The notes: generated by a model not told the origin, from the sequence alone. A DNA stretch of 64,000 nt from an uncultured delta proteobacterium (GCA_963789265.1 CAWBKB010000001.1:1728001-1792000), one strand, 5' to 3'. Counted from the first letter of the stretch, positions 19,645 through 30,826 are shown. Numbers and translations are program-made.

Positions 19645-20788
19645 ATGAAGTCCCTCAACCGGCAGGATAAGGTCCGCTCTACCGGACACAACGGCATGAT
19701 GGACGCTTCGATCGTCAGCGACGTTCTGGAAAGCATGAGTGACAGCCTTCTGGTGATAGGCCGAGAAGGGGAGATCCTCTATGCCAACCGCGTTACCCGC
19801 GAGATCTTGGGATACTCGTTCGAAGATCTGCAAGACAGGGGCTTGGAAGCCCTGATCTCGGATGAGCAAAATTTTGACTTTAATCAGATTCTTTGGAGCG
19901 CTGTGCAGAATCAGAGTGTCAACTATTACTCAGAAGTGGACTATCGCCATCCGGACGGCTCAATCAAAAGACTGACCGCCACCACTACTTACTTCGTCAC
20001 TGAAGGCGATCGCGAAAGCACACTTAGAGGTTTTGTAGCCCTATTCAAAGACATCACCGAGGTATTTAGACTCCGACGGAAAGAGCAGGAGCTGATTCAG
20101 GAAAAGCAAAGAATTGATCGAGAAAGAATAAGAAGCCTTCACAAACTGGCCATGGGAGTAGCTCATGAGATCAGAAAACCCCATGGTCAGTATCGGCGGC
20201 TTTGCAGCGCGAATCGCGCGAGATGAACGAAATTCTGAAGAGACCAGACGATACGCTCAGAATATTGTCGAAGAAGCCAGAAGACTTGAAATCGTCGTAG
20301 ATGAAATTCAGCAATACTGCAACTTGCCTCAAATCAGAGCACTTACAGGGGAAATATCAGTAGTTGTGGGGCAGGTGGTGTCCCAAATGAGGCCAGTCGG
20401 GCTTGAAAAAAAGGTTAGGATCGAATTTCATGACTCTCTTCCCGCTCACCATGAGATGACTTTCGATCCCTTCTTGATCAGGATGGCAGCACGCCATCTG
20501 CTTGCCAATGCCATCGAGTTTTCATCTGGCGGCGGCCTGATCGAGGTCTCTCTCTATTCGGCCGATCAAGGAATCGTTTTGGAGGTAAAAGATTCAGGAG
20601 TTGGCATCTCGGACCTAGACCGTGAGTATATCTTTGACCCGTTCTTCTCGACACGGGCTCATGGTTCGGGAATGGGACTGGCCATAGTAGAGAGAATAGT
20701 CCGCGAACACATGGGAAGGATTGAAGTTGAGTCCAAGCCCGGCATGGGCACAATGTTTCGCATGGTGCTCCCTCCGGTGCTGAACTGA
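19645..20788 (+). CDS. PAS domain sensor histidine kinase (frameshift in A-run near 20176)
   Basis: PAS; H-box AHEIR(N)P broken by an extra A; N/G/F boxes ANAIE, DSGVG, FDPFFST, GMGL. Confidence 0.85.
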
Positions 20789-20919
20789 ATGCTTCCGTGC
20801 AAGCCAAACTTCTTTGTCCCTCGAAATCGTTAGGCACCGCCGGCATAGAATGTCTGTATGAGAAGACGTTCTGCCGCGTTTCCGGTGAGAATCCTTCTAA
20901 TGGATACTTAGTTTGTTTA

Positions 20920-21717
20920 TCACCTTTCCAAAAAGTCCAGAACGTCTGCATTCAATCTCTCGGAGGCTTCAATCGGCGGCAAGTGGCCGATATTTGGATA
21001 GGTCAATAGTTGAGCGGTTCCGATCTGTCGGCCCAGATATTGGCCGTTGCCGTACGGAATAAGCGGATCAGCATCTCCATGAACAACCAGCACGGGGACA
21101 CTTATATCCTTGAGCCTATCCCCGACACCCTGCCACGTCATTACCGCTGCGAGTTGTCGCTGATAGGATTCCATCGACATAGGTTTGGACGTCTCGCGAG
21201 AAACGATCTGATTCAGGTCTTCGGGATGGGAATCCATATATCCCTGCGCTGTAAAAAAAGGATAAATACGGCGAAGCCGCGTTTCAAGATCTTCATTCTC
21301 GGTGGGCATGAGCAGGGTCTCTATTTCCGGGGCAGCTCTTACAAAATTCGGTCCGCCGGCGGTCGTGGCCACTAGGATCAATCGTTCCACCAAGTCGGGA
21401 TGACGCAGGATCAATTCCTGAGAAATGAAGCCACCCATGGACCAGCCCATCACATAAGCCGGTCCGAGATTGAGGTTCCGAATCAAGCTCGCCGCGTCGT
21501 CAGCCATATCCGGTATTCCGTACGGCCCAGTGCCAGGCGCACTCTCGCCCGCGTCGCGGTTGTCCATGTTGATCACGCGATACTTTTGGGCGAGTGGCTC
21601 AATTTGCTTCCACCAGACCAATCGCGAGTTGCTAAGTCCGGGGATGAGCAGCAGCGGGCGACCCTCACCGTATTCGTCATAATAGACACTATGCGATCCA
21701 GCTTGCGTAATGGGCAT
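20920..21717 (-). CDS. Alpha/beta hydrolase
   Basis: GWSMGG nucleophile elbow, HGDAD, GH. Confidence 0.9.
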   Translation of the reverse strand: MPITQAGSHSVYYDEYGEGRPLLLIPGLSNSRLVWWKQIEPLAQKYRVINMDNRDAGESAPGTGPYGIPDMADDAASLIRNLNLGPAYVMGWSMGGFISQELILRHPDLVERLILVATTAGGPNFVRAAPEIETLLMPTENEDLETRLRRIYPFFTAQGYMDSHPEDLNQIVSRETSKPMSMESYQRQLAAVMTWQGVGDRLKDISVPVLVVHGDADPLIPYGNGQYLGRQIGTAQLLTYPNIGHLPPIEASERLNADVLDFLER

Positions 21718-21799
21718 ATCGTCTCCTTTGCTCAGGCCGCGGCCCTAAAACTCGGCCTGGTCGACATTTAGGTGTATCCGCGGATGCCCATGCAACGCT

Positions 21800-22135
21800 T
21801 CAATCGCGCGGCAAAGGACATTGCTTTACGGTTAGGCAAGATGAGATGAACTGACCCGCAGCCCAGATCCCTACGGCAAAGGTCCCGAAAGAAAATATTC
21901 CCAGCGAAAAAACTCCGACCGAGAAGATGCCGACAGAAAATAGGCCTGCGGAAAATATTCCGACGGAAAAAAGACCGGCTGACAGGACTCCGGTGCTAAA
22001 GAGACCTCCGGATAACCATCCCGAAGAAGTCGCTGCACTCGGCATGGAATTCGGAATAGGTGGAGCGATTAAACCTATGAGCAGCAAAATGATAAGGGCC
22101 GCCCAAATGATAATACTTACAGTACGCTGAGTCAC
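21800..22135 (-). CDS. Small membrane protein with tandem G-x-F-S-x pentapeptide repeats
   Basis: N-terminal TM helix, then about 11 GxFSx-type repeats; RBS AAGGAG upstream of GTG. Confidence 0.6.
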   Translation of the reverse strand: MTQRTVSIIIWAALIILLLIGLIAPPIPNSMPSAATSSGWLSGGLFSTGVLSAGLFSVGIFSAGLFSVGIFSVGVFSLGIFSFGTFAVGIWAAGQFISSCLTVKQCPLPRD

Positions 22136-22313
22136 AACGATCCCCTCCTTTGAAATTTCCAAACGCAATTTTGCGGTCACCATCAATTCACCTGTTTCAG
22201 CATATCAGATCGTTGATTCGAACAACACATATTTCTGTAAAGTGCCGTGCAACGATCCGCATTCAAGCCGCCGGGAGAGCGCCGTCGATTACCGGCTAAC
22301 CCTCTAATGGCTT

Positions 22314-22346
22314 AGATTGCTTCGTCCTTTCACTCCTCGCGATGAC
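22314..22346 (-). repeat. Partial GTCATTGCGAG...GAAGCAATC REP-like element
   Basis: Reverse complement matches 32169 and 42616. Confidence 0.7.
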
Positions 22347-22457
22347 AGAGAACCGAGAACTCTGCCTCGTACCAGAATGCATACAGTACCGGCTCCCCGG
22401 TCATTGACCCCCAGAGCCAAGTGGGGTAAAATTATATGCTTTTCAGGAGGAACCCAC

Positions 22458-23138
22458 GTGAAGCCTTACCCAATCATGATGAGCCTCGCCGGCAAGCGCG
22501 TCATAGTGGTCGGTGGCGGACGGGTGGGCATGCGCAAGATCATGGGCCTTCTCGAAAGTGCAGCCAGCATAACCGTGATTGCCCCTGACCTGGAACCGGA
22601 ACTGCAAGATCTAGTACGGCAAGACCAGATCGAATGGGTGCCTGAAAGGTTCGACAAAACTCTCCTCGATAGGTACCCCGAAGCCGTCCTCGTGTTCGGC
22701 ACGACGGATCGGCGCGAAGTAAACATGGCCATTTATAGAGCATGCATGGACAGACAGATCCTGTGCAATATCGCGGACGTTCCCAACCTTTGCTCCTTCA
22801 TTGTCCCGGCAGTGATTACCCAAGGAGACCTTATGATAGCTGTCAGTACGGGCGGAGCGTCCCCCGCTTTGGCCCGTCGAATCAGAGAAGATCTGGAAAA
22901 GCACTACGGGCCTGAGTACGGTGAGATGACACGCGTTCTTGGAGAGCTAAGAAAACTTGTTCTTCGAACCGGCAGCTCGCCGGACGCGAATAAGAAAATC
23001 TTTCGAGAGATAGTGAGTTCTGAGATTTTAGCGGCTCTTCGAGAAAACGATCGCGAGCGCGTTCTGGAAATCTTGAAGGCAATATTGCCTCAGAATGTCG
23101 ATCCCGAGCCGGCCGTTGAGCAGAGGCCGAAGAATTGA
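22458..23138 (+). CDS. sirC: Precorrin-2 dehydrogenase/sirohydrochlorin ferrochelatase
   Basis: GGGRVG Rossmann motif, CNIAD, STGGASPALA; RBS AGGAGG before GTG 22458. Confidence 0.88.
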   Translation: MKPYPIMMSLAGKRVIVVGGGRVGMRKIMGLLESAASITVIAPDLEPELQDLVRQDQIEWVPERFDKTLLDRYPEAVLVFGTTDRREVNMAIYRACMDRQILCNIADVPNLCSFIVPAVITQGDLMIAVSTGGASPALARRIREDLEKHYGPEYGEMTRVLGELRKLVLRTGSSPDANKKIFREIVSSEILAALRENDRERVLEILKAILPQNVDPEPAVEQRPKN

Positions 23139-23157
23139 GTCACGCTAGGATGCCGTA

Positions 23158-24009
23158 GTGGATCTGATCTTCTTTAAGCTTGCGATAGCGTTGTACTTGG
23201 CGGCCTCCGTGGCTTACGTTGTCTTCTTGATGATGTCATCGGGGAGCCGTGGCACACTAGGTTTCTGGTGCGCCCTGATTGGATTCGCGTCACATAGTCT
23301 ATCAATTCTTGACAGGGCGGTCTTTTCAGGATTCTTTCCTCTGGCAACGGCCTTTGACGCGCTGTCGTTGTTTGCCTGGCTCATAGTGGGCCTGTTTCTG
23401 GTTATGCGGTACCGAGATCCCAGCCCCATCTTCGGCGCGATTGCCGCGCCTATGGCTGCGGTGCTGATGCTCTTCGCATCAACGTTCTCCTATCAAGCCA
23501 AAGAGCCGCTCGTTCCCGTCATGAGAAGCTGGTGGCTACCCATCCACGTCATCTTTGCGCTTGCGGGCAATGGGGTGTTCGCACTAATGGCCATTAGCGG
23601 CCTCATGTACATAGTCCAGGAGCGCCTTATAAAAACCAAAAAGATAGGGAGGTTTCACAGGCTGCTCCCGTCATTGGAAGTTCTTGATGTTATCAACCGT
23701 CACGGCCTTCCTTTGGGGTTCTTTCTGCTGACCCTGGGGATCATTTCCGGGGCATTGTGGGCCGGTAGCGCCTGGGGCTCCTATTGGAGCTGGGATCCCA
23801 AGGAAACTTGGAGTCTTATCACCTGGTTCGCTTACGCGGCTATGGTTCACCAACGACTTGCACTCGGATGGCGGGGCAAGAAGGCTGCCGTACTTGCTCT
23901 AGTAGGATTTGCCCTTGTTATATTCACTTTCTTGGGAGTCAGCGCCCTGATGGGCGGACATCATGCCTTCAGCGTGATGCCCACGGGTATGGGGGCAAGC
24001 CGACCATGA
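23158..24009 (+). CDS. ccsA: Cytochrome c biogenesis protein CcsA/CcsB
   Basis: WWD domain WGSYWSWDPKETW, conserved His residues, multiple TM helices. Confidence 0.9.
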   Translation: MDLIFFKLAIALYLAASVAYVVFLMMSSGSRGTLGFWCALIGFASHSLSILDRAVFSGFFPLATAFDALSLFAWLIVGLFLVMRYRDPSPIFGAIAAPMAAVLMLFASTFSYQAKEPLVPVMRSWWLPIHVIFALAGNGVFALMAISGLMYIVQERLIKTKKIGRFHRLLPSLEVLDVINRHGLPLGFFLLTLGIISGALWAGSAWGSYWSWDPKETWSLITWFAYAAMVHQRLALGWRGKKAAVLALVGFALVIFTFLGVSALMGGHHAFSVMPTGMGASRP

Positions 24010-25346
24010 AGGCTGAAATACTGGTCATTGGCCTCAACCATTCCACTGCACCGGTTCAAATCCGAGAGAAGATAACTTTTCCCGGAGACGAAAAGGGTGA
24101 AGTGACTCGGTCGTTGGCTGACGTGGATGGCGTTGAAGAGGCAATGATCTTGTCCACGTGCAACAGAGCGGAGATCATCGTAACAACCGAGGACCCGGTC
24201 GAGTTGAGCGAAAAACTCATCGAGCTCACAGGGTCGATCCACGGGCTGAATCCGGAACCGTTCCGAGCATTTCTCTATTCGAAAGCAGGGGAGGATGCGA
24301 TACGCCACGTCTTCCGGGTGGCCGCCAGCCTCGATTCGATGGTGGTCGGAGAGCCGCAAATTCTGGGCCAGGTCAAAGAGGGCTACAGGAGGGCCGCAAA
24401 TGTCAACGCAACCGGCCCGATTCTCAACCGCCTCATGCACAGAGCCTTCTTCACGGCCAAGAGAGTTCGGAACGAAACCGGCATAGGTATGGCGGCGGTC
24501 TCGGTAGCTTATGTGGCCGTAGAACTGGCAAAGAAAATCCTGGGCGAACTCCGAGACAAGACCGTTCTGTTGATCGGCGCAGGAGAAATGGCCGAACTGG
24601 CCGCGAAGCACCTGGCCGGCCACGTAGAACGCCCAATCATAGTAGTAAACCGGACCCTGGAAAACGCCTGTGATCTCGCCCGGCGCCTGTCAGGCGATGC
24701 GCTCTCCATGGAAATGCTTGAAGACGGACTTATCAAAGCCGACGTGGTGATAACTTCTACCGGGAGTTGCGAACCGGTGATCCGAATGGATCCGCTGAAG
24801 AGTGTCATGAGGAGGAGAAGGTATAGCCCTATTTTCATTATAGATATTGCCATGCCGCGAGATGTGGAACCAGCCGTAAACAACATCGACGGTGTGTACC
24901 TTTACAATATCGACGACCTGCAAGCAGTCGTGGAAGAGAACCTCGGCGAACGCCGCGAAGAGGCCCTCAGGGGAGAGCAGATCGTCGAGGAAGAAGTGGC
25001 GAAGTATCTCAGTTGGGCCAAGAGCTTGGATTCCACACCCACGATTGTGGCCCTCAAAGAGAAACTTGAGGCCATCAGAGCCGGTGAGATGGAGCGTATG
25101 AACGGAAAACTGGCGGCGCTGGACCCTTCTCAACGAGAAGCCGTGGAAATGGTTACTAGGTCCATTATCAACAAAATCGCCCATGACCCCATTGCGTACT
25201 TGAAAAAGGCCGGAGCCCGGTCCAAGCGAAATCTGTACCTGGACATGACGCAAAAACTGTTCAAGTTGGACGTGCTACCGGCTGACCCCGCCTGCGAGAA
25301 AGACGAATCGTTGGAAGATGAAGCTTACTATCGGAACGAGGGGTAG
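24006..25346 (+). CDS. hemA: Glutamyl-tRNA reductase
   Basis: GLNHSTAP, STCNR, GEPQILGQ, GAGEM, DIAMPRD; ATG 24006 overlaps the ccsA stop. Confidence 0.97.
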   Translation: MKAEILVIGLNHSTAPVQIREKITFPGDEKGEVTRSLADVDGVEEAMILSTCNRAEIIVTTEDPVELSEKLIELTGSIHGLNPEPFRAFLYSKAGEDAIRHVFRVAASLDSMVVGEPQILGQVKEGYRRAANVNATGPILNRLMHRAFFTAKRVRNETGIGMAAVSVAYVAVELAKKILGELRDKTVLLIGAGEMAELAAKHLAGHVERPIIVVNRTLENACDLARRLSGDALSMEMLEDGLIKADVVITSTGSCEPVIRMDPLKSVMRRRRYSPIFIIDIAMPRDVEPAVNNIDGVYLYNIDDLQAVVEENLGERREEALRGEQIVEEEVAKYLSWAKSLDSTPTIVALKEKLEAIRAGEMERMNGKLAALDPSQREAVEMVTRSIINKIAHDPIAYLKKAGARSKRNLYLDMTQKLFKLDVLPADPACEKDESLEDEAYYRNEG

Positions 25347-26268
25347 TGCGCTCGCTCTATGGCAGGCTCGACACGTCGCCGCTGCCGTTGAGAAAGCGCA
25401 CTCAAACATCAGAGTCGAATTGATGACAGTGAAAACCCAGGGAGACAAGATCCTGGACACGCCTCTGGCCCAAATCGGCAATAAAGGGCTTTTCACCAAG
25501 GAGATCGAAGATGCGCTCCTGGCGGGAAAAGTGGATCTCGCCGTCCATTCCATGAAGGATTTACCCACGGATCTGCCCGCGGGTCTGGAAGTCGCAGCAG
25601 TTATGCAGCGCGAGGACCCAAGAGATGTTTTCATTTCAAAAGATGGCCGCGGCCTTAACGAATTGGAGAGTGGTGCGAGAATCGGCACGTCGAGCTTGAG
25701 GCGGAAGGCATTTCTTCTGAACCGCTTCCCTCACTTGGAAGTAATCTCAATCAGAGGAAATGTCGACACTCGCCTGAAGAAGATTGAGACCGAAAACCTT
25801 GCCGGCGTAATGCTCGCCGCGGCAGGAGTTCTCAGATTGGGTTACGGCGATCGTGTGACGGCTTTCATGGAGCAGGATTCGATGATTCCGGCTATAGGGC
25901 AGGGGGCTCTGGCAATCGAAACTCGAACGGACGATAATCGCACCTGGGATGTAGTGGCCGCCTTGAATCACGACGATACAGCTCAATGTGTTGGCGTTGA
26001 GCGAGCCTTCCTCAGAAGAATGGGAGGCGGCTGCCAGGTGCCGATGGCCGCGCACTGCGTCACGGATGGCGATCGCCTTAAGGTGATCGCCGCAGTTGTT
26101 CACCCGGACGGAGACCCCATGATTCGGGACCTTCTAGCAGGCCCGAGAGGAGAAGCCAGTACAGGATCCAAGCTTGCCGACATGCTCATAGAACGAGGCG
26201 CGGATCAGATTCTTCGAAGCGTCCTAGACCAGGACTGGGAACCGGGTCCGACAACCGATATCATCTAA
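25318..26268 (+). CDS. hemC: Hydroxymethylbilane synthase
   Basis: GTRGSALALWQ, GLFTKE, HSMKD, GTSSLRR, GGCQVP. Confidence 0.97.
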   Translation: MKLTIGTRGSALALWQARHVAAAVEKAHSNIRVELMTVKTQGDKILDTPLAQIGNKGLFTKEIEDALLAGKVDLAVHSMKDLPTDLPAGLEVAAVMQREDPRDVFISKDGRGLNELESGARIGTSSLRRKAFLLNRFPHLEVISIRGNVDTRLKKIETENLAGVMLAAAGVLRLGYGDRVTAFMEQDSMIPAIGQGALAIETRTDDNRTWDVVAALNHDDTAQCVGVERAFLRRMGGGCQVPMAAHCVTDGDRLKVIAAVVHPDGDPMIRDLLAGPRGEASTGSKLADMLIERGADQILRSVLDQDWEPGPTTDII

Positions 26269-26361
26269 TGGAGCGGAGCGACCTTATTGAAATCGTGAGC
26301 CATTCCAGTGGCTGCACCTTGCACTTTCAGAGATATCGCGAGGGTGAACTAGGAATCTTTC

Positions 26362-27921
26362 ATGCAAAGACAAAATCCGGAAATGGAGAATTCGCGTTCC
26401 GCTCCAGGCACGGTTTGCCTTGTGGGCGCGGGCCCGGGCGACCCAGGTTTGATAACGGTCAAAGGTCTGGATAAGATCAGAGCCGCGGATGTCATCGTGT
26501 ATGACTATTTGGCAGGATCGGAACTGCTCGAAGAAGCCCGAGAGGATGCCGAACTGATCTATGTGGGGAAGAAGGGTAAGGATCACACCCTGGAACAAGC
26601 CGACATCAATGATCTTTTAGTCCGTAAGGCAAATGAGGGCAAGAGCGTCGTTAGATTAAAAGGCGGAGATCCTTACGTTTTTGGTCGAGGAGGCGAGGAA
26701 GCGGAACAATTGGTCGAAGCCGGAATCCCATTCGAGGTCGTTCCGGGAGTAACTTCTGCCGTAGCCGCACCCGCTTATGCAGGCATCCCGGTAACTCATC
26801 GGGATCACGCGTCAATGATTACGTTCATCACGGGTCACGAAGATCCCTCCAAAGACGAATCCGCCATAGATTGGGATGTGTTGGCACGCAACCCCGGGAC
26901 ATTGGTCTTTCTCATGGGCGTTAAGAATCTTCGCAATATATCTGAATCGCTTATAAAATACGGCAAGCCTGCGCTTACGCCTGCTGCACTGGTCAGATGG
27001 GGAACAACTCCGCAGCAGATCTCCATTATTTCGACCCTTGGCGAAATCCCGCTTGAAGCCGAACACAAGGAACTGAAGCCACCCGCAGTTCTGATTGTTG
27101 GGTCGGTGGTCAACCTCCGTAAAAAGCTGGAATGGTTCGAAAGCAAACCGCTCTTCGGGAAAAAGATTCTCATAACCCGTAGCCGCGAGCAATCGAAAAG
27201 GATGGCCGACAAGATTTTCGAGCACGGCGGAGAGCCGATCCTCTTCCCCACTATAAGCATATTGCCTCCATCAGATCCTGGCCCTCTCGATCAGGCAATT
27301 GGCAAAATTCAGACCTTCCACTGGGTGCTTTTCACTTCTGCAAATGGAGTAGAGAAGTTCTTGCAAAGATTCTTTGAGCTCAAAGACGACATACGAGACA
27401 TGGCTGGTCCCAAAATCGGAGCTATTGGGCCTATGACTGCCGCAGCGATTCGCCGGTACGGCCTGAAGGTAGATCTCCAGGCAAAGGAGTTCGTAGCGGA
27501 AGGGGTCCTGGATGCGCTCGAAGAAGCCGAGGTTAAGGGAAAGAAATTTCTCATACCCAGGGCTGAGTCTGCGCGGGAGGTCCTTCCTGAGGGCATCTCT
27601 CGCGCTGGTGGCGAGGTAGAAGTGGTCAGCGTTTACCGAACCGGGCTCCCCGAAAGAGGAGACGTCGAGAAGATCCGGACAATGCTGATCCGAAAGCAGG
27701 TCGATGCAGCCACATTTACTTCCTCTTCTACGGTCACTCACTTGACCAACATGATCGGAACCGATTTGCCCAGCCTGCTGGACGGAACCGTCGTGGCTTC
27801 CATTGGGCCGATAACCTCCCGAACATTAAGAGAAAACGGATTGCCGGTCCACGTGGAGGCATCGGAGTACACTATTGATGGGTTAGTTAGCGCCCTCGCG
27901 AAATACTTCAAGCCGGTCTAA
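26362..27921 (+). CDS. cobA: Uroporphyrinogen-III C-methyltransferase/synthase fusion (CobA/HemD)
   Basis: GAGPGDPGL, RLKGGDP; HemD part TSANGV, FTSSST, IGPIT. Confidence 0.93.
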   Translation: MQRQNPEMENSRSAPGTVCLVGAGPGDPGLITVKGLDKIRAADVIVYDYLAGSELLEEAREDAELIYVGKKGKDHTLEQADINDLLVRKANEGKSVVRLKGGDPYVFGRGGEEAEQLVEAGIPFEVVPGVTSAVAAPAYAGIPVTHRDHASMITFITGHEDPSKDESAIDWDVLARNPGTLVFLMGVKNLRNISESLIKYGKPALTPAALVRWGTTPQQISIISTLGEIPLEAEHKELKPPAVLIVGSVVNLRKKLEWFESKPLFGKKILITRSREQSKRMADKIFEHGGEPILFPTISILPPSDPGPLDQAIGKIQTFHWVLFTSANGVEKFLQRFFELKDDIRDMAGPKIGAIGPMTAAAIRRYGLKVDLQAKEFVAEGVLDALEEAEVKGKKFLIPRAESAREVLPEGISRAGGEVEVVSVYRTGLPERGDVEKIRTMLIRKQVDAATFTSSSTVTHLTNMIGTDLPSLLDGTVVASIGPITSRTLRENGLPVHVEASEYTIDGLVSALAKYFKPV

Positions 27922-28074
27922 TGTGACACCTGATTTAGATTGGTGGGACAGTCCCGCGAGGCGCGGGACAGCCTGTCGAATGGGAATGACGGGCAACTCC
28001 GCGTTTCGCGGGACACCCTACTGTGATGAAGTACTATTCGTTTGAAAGCGCGTTTGCCTGGCTGCACAACCGGT

Positions 28075-29244
28075 TTATCGTCTTTGACGTTCGGCAACTT
28101 CCTTAAATATACCAAGCATTAGCTGGTGGTTAGCCTGCGCGGTATAAGCTGAAGCTGTCTGCCTTGCCGCTTGAGAGGCTGATTTTAATTGTCCCGGCTG
28201 AAGAAAACGCTCCATGGCATGGGCCATTTCATCTATATTCCTGGGATGATGCAGTACCACTCCGTCTCCACCGTCGTGGATTATTCCTGCGGCGCCGTTG
28301 AACGCCGTAGTGATCGCAGGCAACCCCGCAGCCATGGCCTCGAAGACCACCAAAGAGCACGCGTCGTAAAAGGTCGGCAGGACAAAGACGTCACTCGCGT
28401 TGTAAAAGGCTTCCGGCTCTTTGGTTGCGCCCGGGAACACAACCACTTGACTTAATCGCAATTTGTCGAGCAATCGTTGAAGGCTAGGGGAGGGTTGGGC
28501 CCCTACCGCTACCACGCCAAAGCGACCCTTACCGACTCGATCCCTAAGTCTCCCGGCAGCCTCGACCAGATACCTGAGACCTTTCTTTCTGAAATCATAG
28601 GCCAGAAAAAGGAACAAAACTTCATTATCAAACCCAAGTCTCTTTCGCCATTCCAGTCGCCGGTCCAGGTTACCCGAAGCGAACCTGGTCGGATCAATCC
28701 CGTTGTACACAAGTCTTATATCTCTCTTATCGACGCGAAAGTAATCGGCCATATCGTTCCTGACCATGTCTGAAATGGCAATAATAACGGGATGCTTGGT
28801 CATTCTGAAAGGCGCGGATTCTATCCATGCTCGGGCATGGTACTTTGGTGTCGCTAGCATAGCGACTAGCTTCAACCACCGCTTCACGGGGTTCCGTATG
28901 GCCTGAACTTTCCTGACATTGCTTATGAAATGGACACCTCCGTGAGACTGGTACACATTCATCGTCAAAGTATTTCCGAAGCCCAAGACCACATCGAATT
29001 CTTCACCGACTATCATTCTCCGGTGCCGGAGCGCAAATGCCATTATCCTTATGGAAGGGGGAATCCAGCGAGGGAGCTTCGGAATCGAGTGGAAGACAGC
29101 TCCGGCAGGTAGACCATCCCACGTGTGGCCGTACAGATGGACTTCCCAGCCTCGTGAAACCAGCGTCTCTGCCAGCGAAACTGCGTAAGATTCAGCGCCG
29201 CCTCCATGACGGCTGAAATTCTCCATTGCGATAGCAATTTTCAT
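28075..29244 (-). CDS. Glycosyltransferase family 4 (WaaG-like LPS core)
   Basis: GGGAE, YNGID, RKKG, PTFYDACSLVVFEAMAAG. Confidence 0.9.
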   Translation of the reverse strand: MKIAIAMENFSRHGGGAESYAVSLAETLVSRGWEVHLYGHTWDGLPAGAVFHSIPKLPRWIPPSIRIMAFALRHRRMIVGEEFDVVLGFGNTLTMNVYQSHGGVHFISNVRKVQAIRNPVKRWLKLVAMLATPKYHARAWIESAPFRMTKHPVIIAISDMVRNDMADYFRVDKRDIRLVYNGIDPTRFASGNLDRRLEWRKRLGFDNEVLFLFLAYDFRKKGLRYLVEAAGRLRDRVGKGRFGVVAVGAQPSPSLQRLLDKLRLSQVVVFPGATKEPEAFYNASDVFVLPTFYDACSLVVFEAMAAGLPAITTAFNGAAGIIHDGGDGVVLHHPRNIDEMAHAMERFLQPGQLKSASQAARQTASAYTAQANHQLMLGIFKEVAERQRR

Positions 29245-29279
29245 CGGGTCACCGAGGGGTCTGAATGACAGGGAAGATG

Positions 29280-29446
29280 AAACCCTCTCAAAACTATTTT
29301 GATGTTGCCCTCACCCCGACCTTCTCCCAGAGGGAGAGGGAGCTTTACAAAGCAGCTATCATAGCCCCTTCGCCCTTTGGGAGAGGGTCAGGCTGAGGGA
29401 ATTTCGTGATACGATTTCATTCTGTTCACGGGTTTTGAGACACCTT
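29280..29446. mobile_element. MITE-like element (CTCAAAA/TTTTGAGA ends, CCCTCACCCC..GAGAGGG palindromes)
   Basis: Same ends and internal palindrome family as 35575-35780 and 45718-45925. Confidence 0.65.
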
Positions 29447-29482
29447 CAGGTGCCCGTCCCACCAAATGTCGTTGCTCGAAAC

Positions 29483-30274
29483 TTATTTCTTGTCGTCAAT
29501 AATGAGACTCTTTTCCCAAGCTTTGGCATGCTTGAGGAAGACGTAAAACGCACTATTGACGGCAATTACGATTCCCGGTATGCCATCGAGGAAGCCCTTT
29601 TTCCATACTGCACATTCCAAAAACTTGCCCGCGGCATGGAGGAGACCCAGAAAAATGTGTGCCGCTGACGCAGAACCTTTACGATGATCGGCACTCACTG
29701 TAGAGAAACGATTGATCGTGTTCATCTGGTCGGAAATGTCGCGGTACACGTAATGAAGCAGCGGATGCTCCAGTTCCTTCACTATGCCGAATACTTCGAG
29801 CCTTTCGTGTAGGCCGTCTCCCGCCCAGCGACCGCGCCCTTTCCGGACGAGCCGGACCTTCCTGTCAGGGTACCATCCACCGTGACGGATCCACCTGTTA
29901 AGATACCGGCTTAAGCGCGGCATGGAAAATCCGGCGATATCCGGCCCGGCGCTCTTAATCGCGGCCAGGATCTCGTCAGCGGACTCCTCGGATAAAGCCT
30001 CGTCCCCATCCATATTGAGAATCCATCTGCCTTGAGCCGTTTCCAAGGCAAACTGCTTCTGCGCAGCGTATCCCTTCCACTCATTATGCACGACCCGAGC
30101 CCCGCGAGATTGGCATATCTCTACTGTGCCGTCAGAGCTTCCCGAATCCACGACAAGGACCTCATCGGCAATTGAGGCGCTGGAAAGCAGCCGGCCGATT
30201 CGGTCTGCTTCGTTCTTTGTTATGACAACCAGACTGAGGAGGAGGACCTCGCTGGATCGTGGAGGATTACTCAT
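29483..30274 (-). CDS. Glycosyltransferase family 2 (KdtX/WaaE-like)
   Basis: VDSGSSDGT, MDGDE, GWYPD, GFLDG. Confidence 0.9.
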   Translation of the reverse strand: MSNPPRSSEVLLLSLVVITKNEADRIGRLLSSASIADEVLVVDSGSSDGTVEICQSRGARVVHNEWKGYAAQKQFALETAQGRWILNMDGDEALSEESADEILAAIKSAGPDIAGFSMPRLSRYLNRWIRHGGWYPDRKVRLVRKGRGRWAGDGLHERLEVFGIVKELEHPLLHYVYRDISDQMNTINRFSTVSADHRKGSASAAHIFLGLLHAAGKFLECAVWKKGFLDGIPGIVIAVNSAFYVFLKHAKAWEKSLIIDDKK

Positions 30275-30418
30275 GGCAACAAATGATAGAAACGGTCGAG
30301 CCCATTGTCAATTCATCTTTGGCGCGGTCGGATGTACACCCAGGTAACCGGTGCGGATGTCAGAGTTAACATAATATATCTTATCGGACGTCATGCACGG
30401 AACTGACGGCTCATGATC

Positions 30419-30826
30419 TCAATGTGCCATTTGATTCAACGGATTCACCCGAACCTCAATGCCTATGGTACGAATGATCTCAGCAACCTCCTCAGCGTCC
30501 TGCTCGGGTCCGTGACCAACCACACGAGAACCGAGATGATCCACCTCCCAGGCTATGGCAAATGCCTGCTCCTCACTGATGCCCAGGGCCTGTATGGTTA
30601 TTTGCATGACCTCTTGGTACGTGTTGTAGTCATTGTCAATAATTCGGATTTCGTAGAGAGCTTCAGAGTCACCGTCCGCGTCGTCCCGAGGTCGGCCCCC
30701 AACTCTAATGAGAGGAAAACGTCGGCTGGTATAACAATGGAGAGGAAACGAGGCATCCCCATAAAAGAAAATCCTCTCTGCAGAAAACTCGCTGTCCTGC
30801 CGATGCATTGGCCGCGTATGCTCCAT
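30419..30826 (-). CDS. clpS: ClpS-like Clp protease adaptor (start uncertain)
   Basis: IIDNDYNTYQEV...AWEVDHLG. Confidence 0.7.
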   Translation of the reverse strand: MEHTRPMHRQDSEFSAERIFFYGDASFPLHCYTSRRFPLIRVGGRPRDDADGDSEALYEIRIIDNDYNTYQEVMQITIQALGISEEQAFAIAWEVDHLGSRVVGHGPEQDAEEVAEIIRTIGIEVRVNPLNQMAH

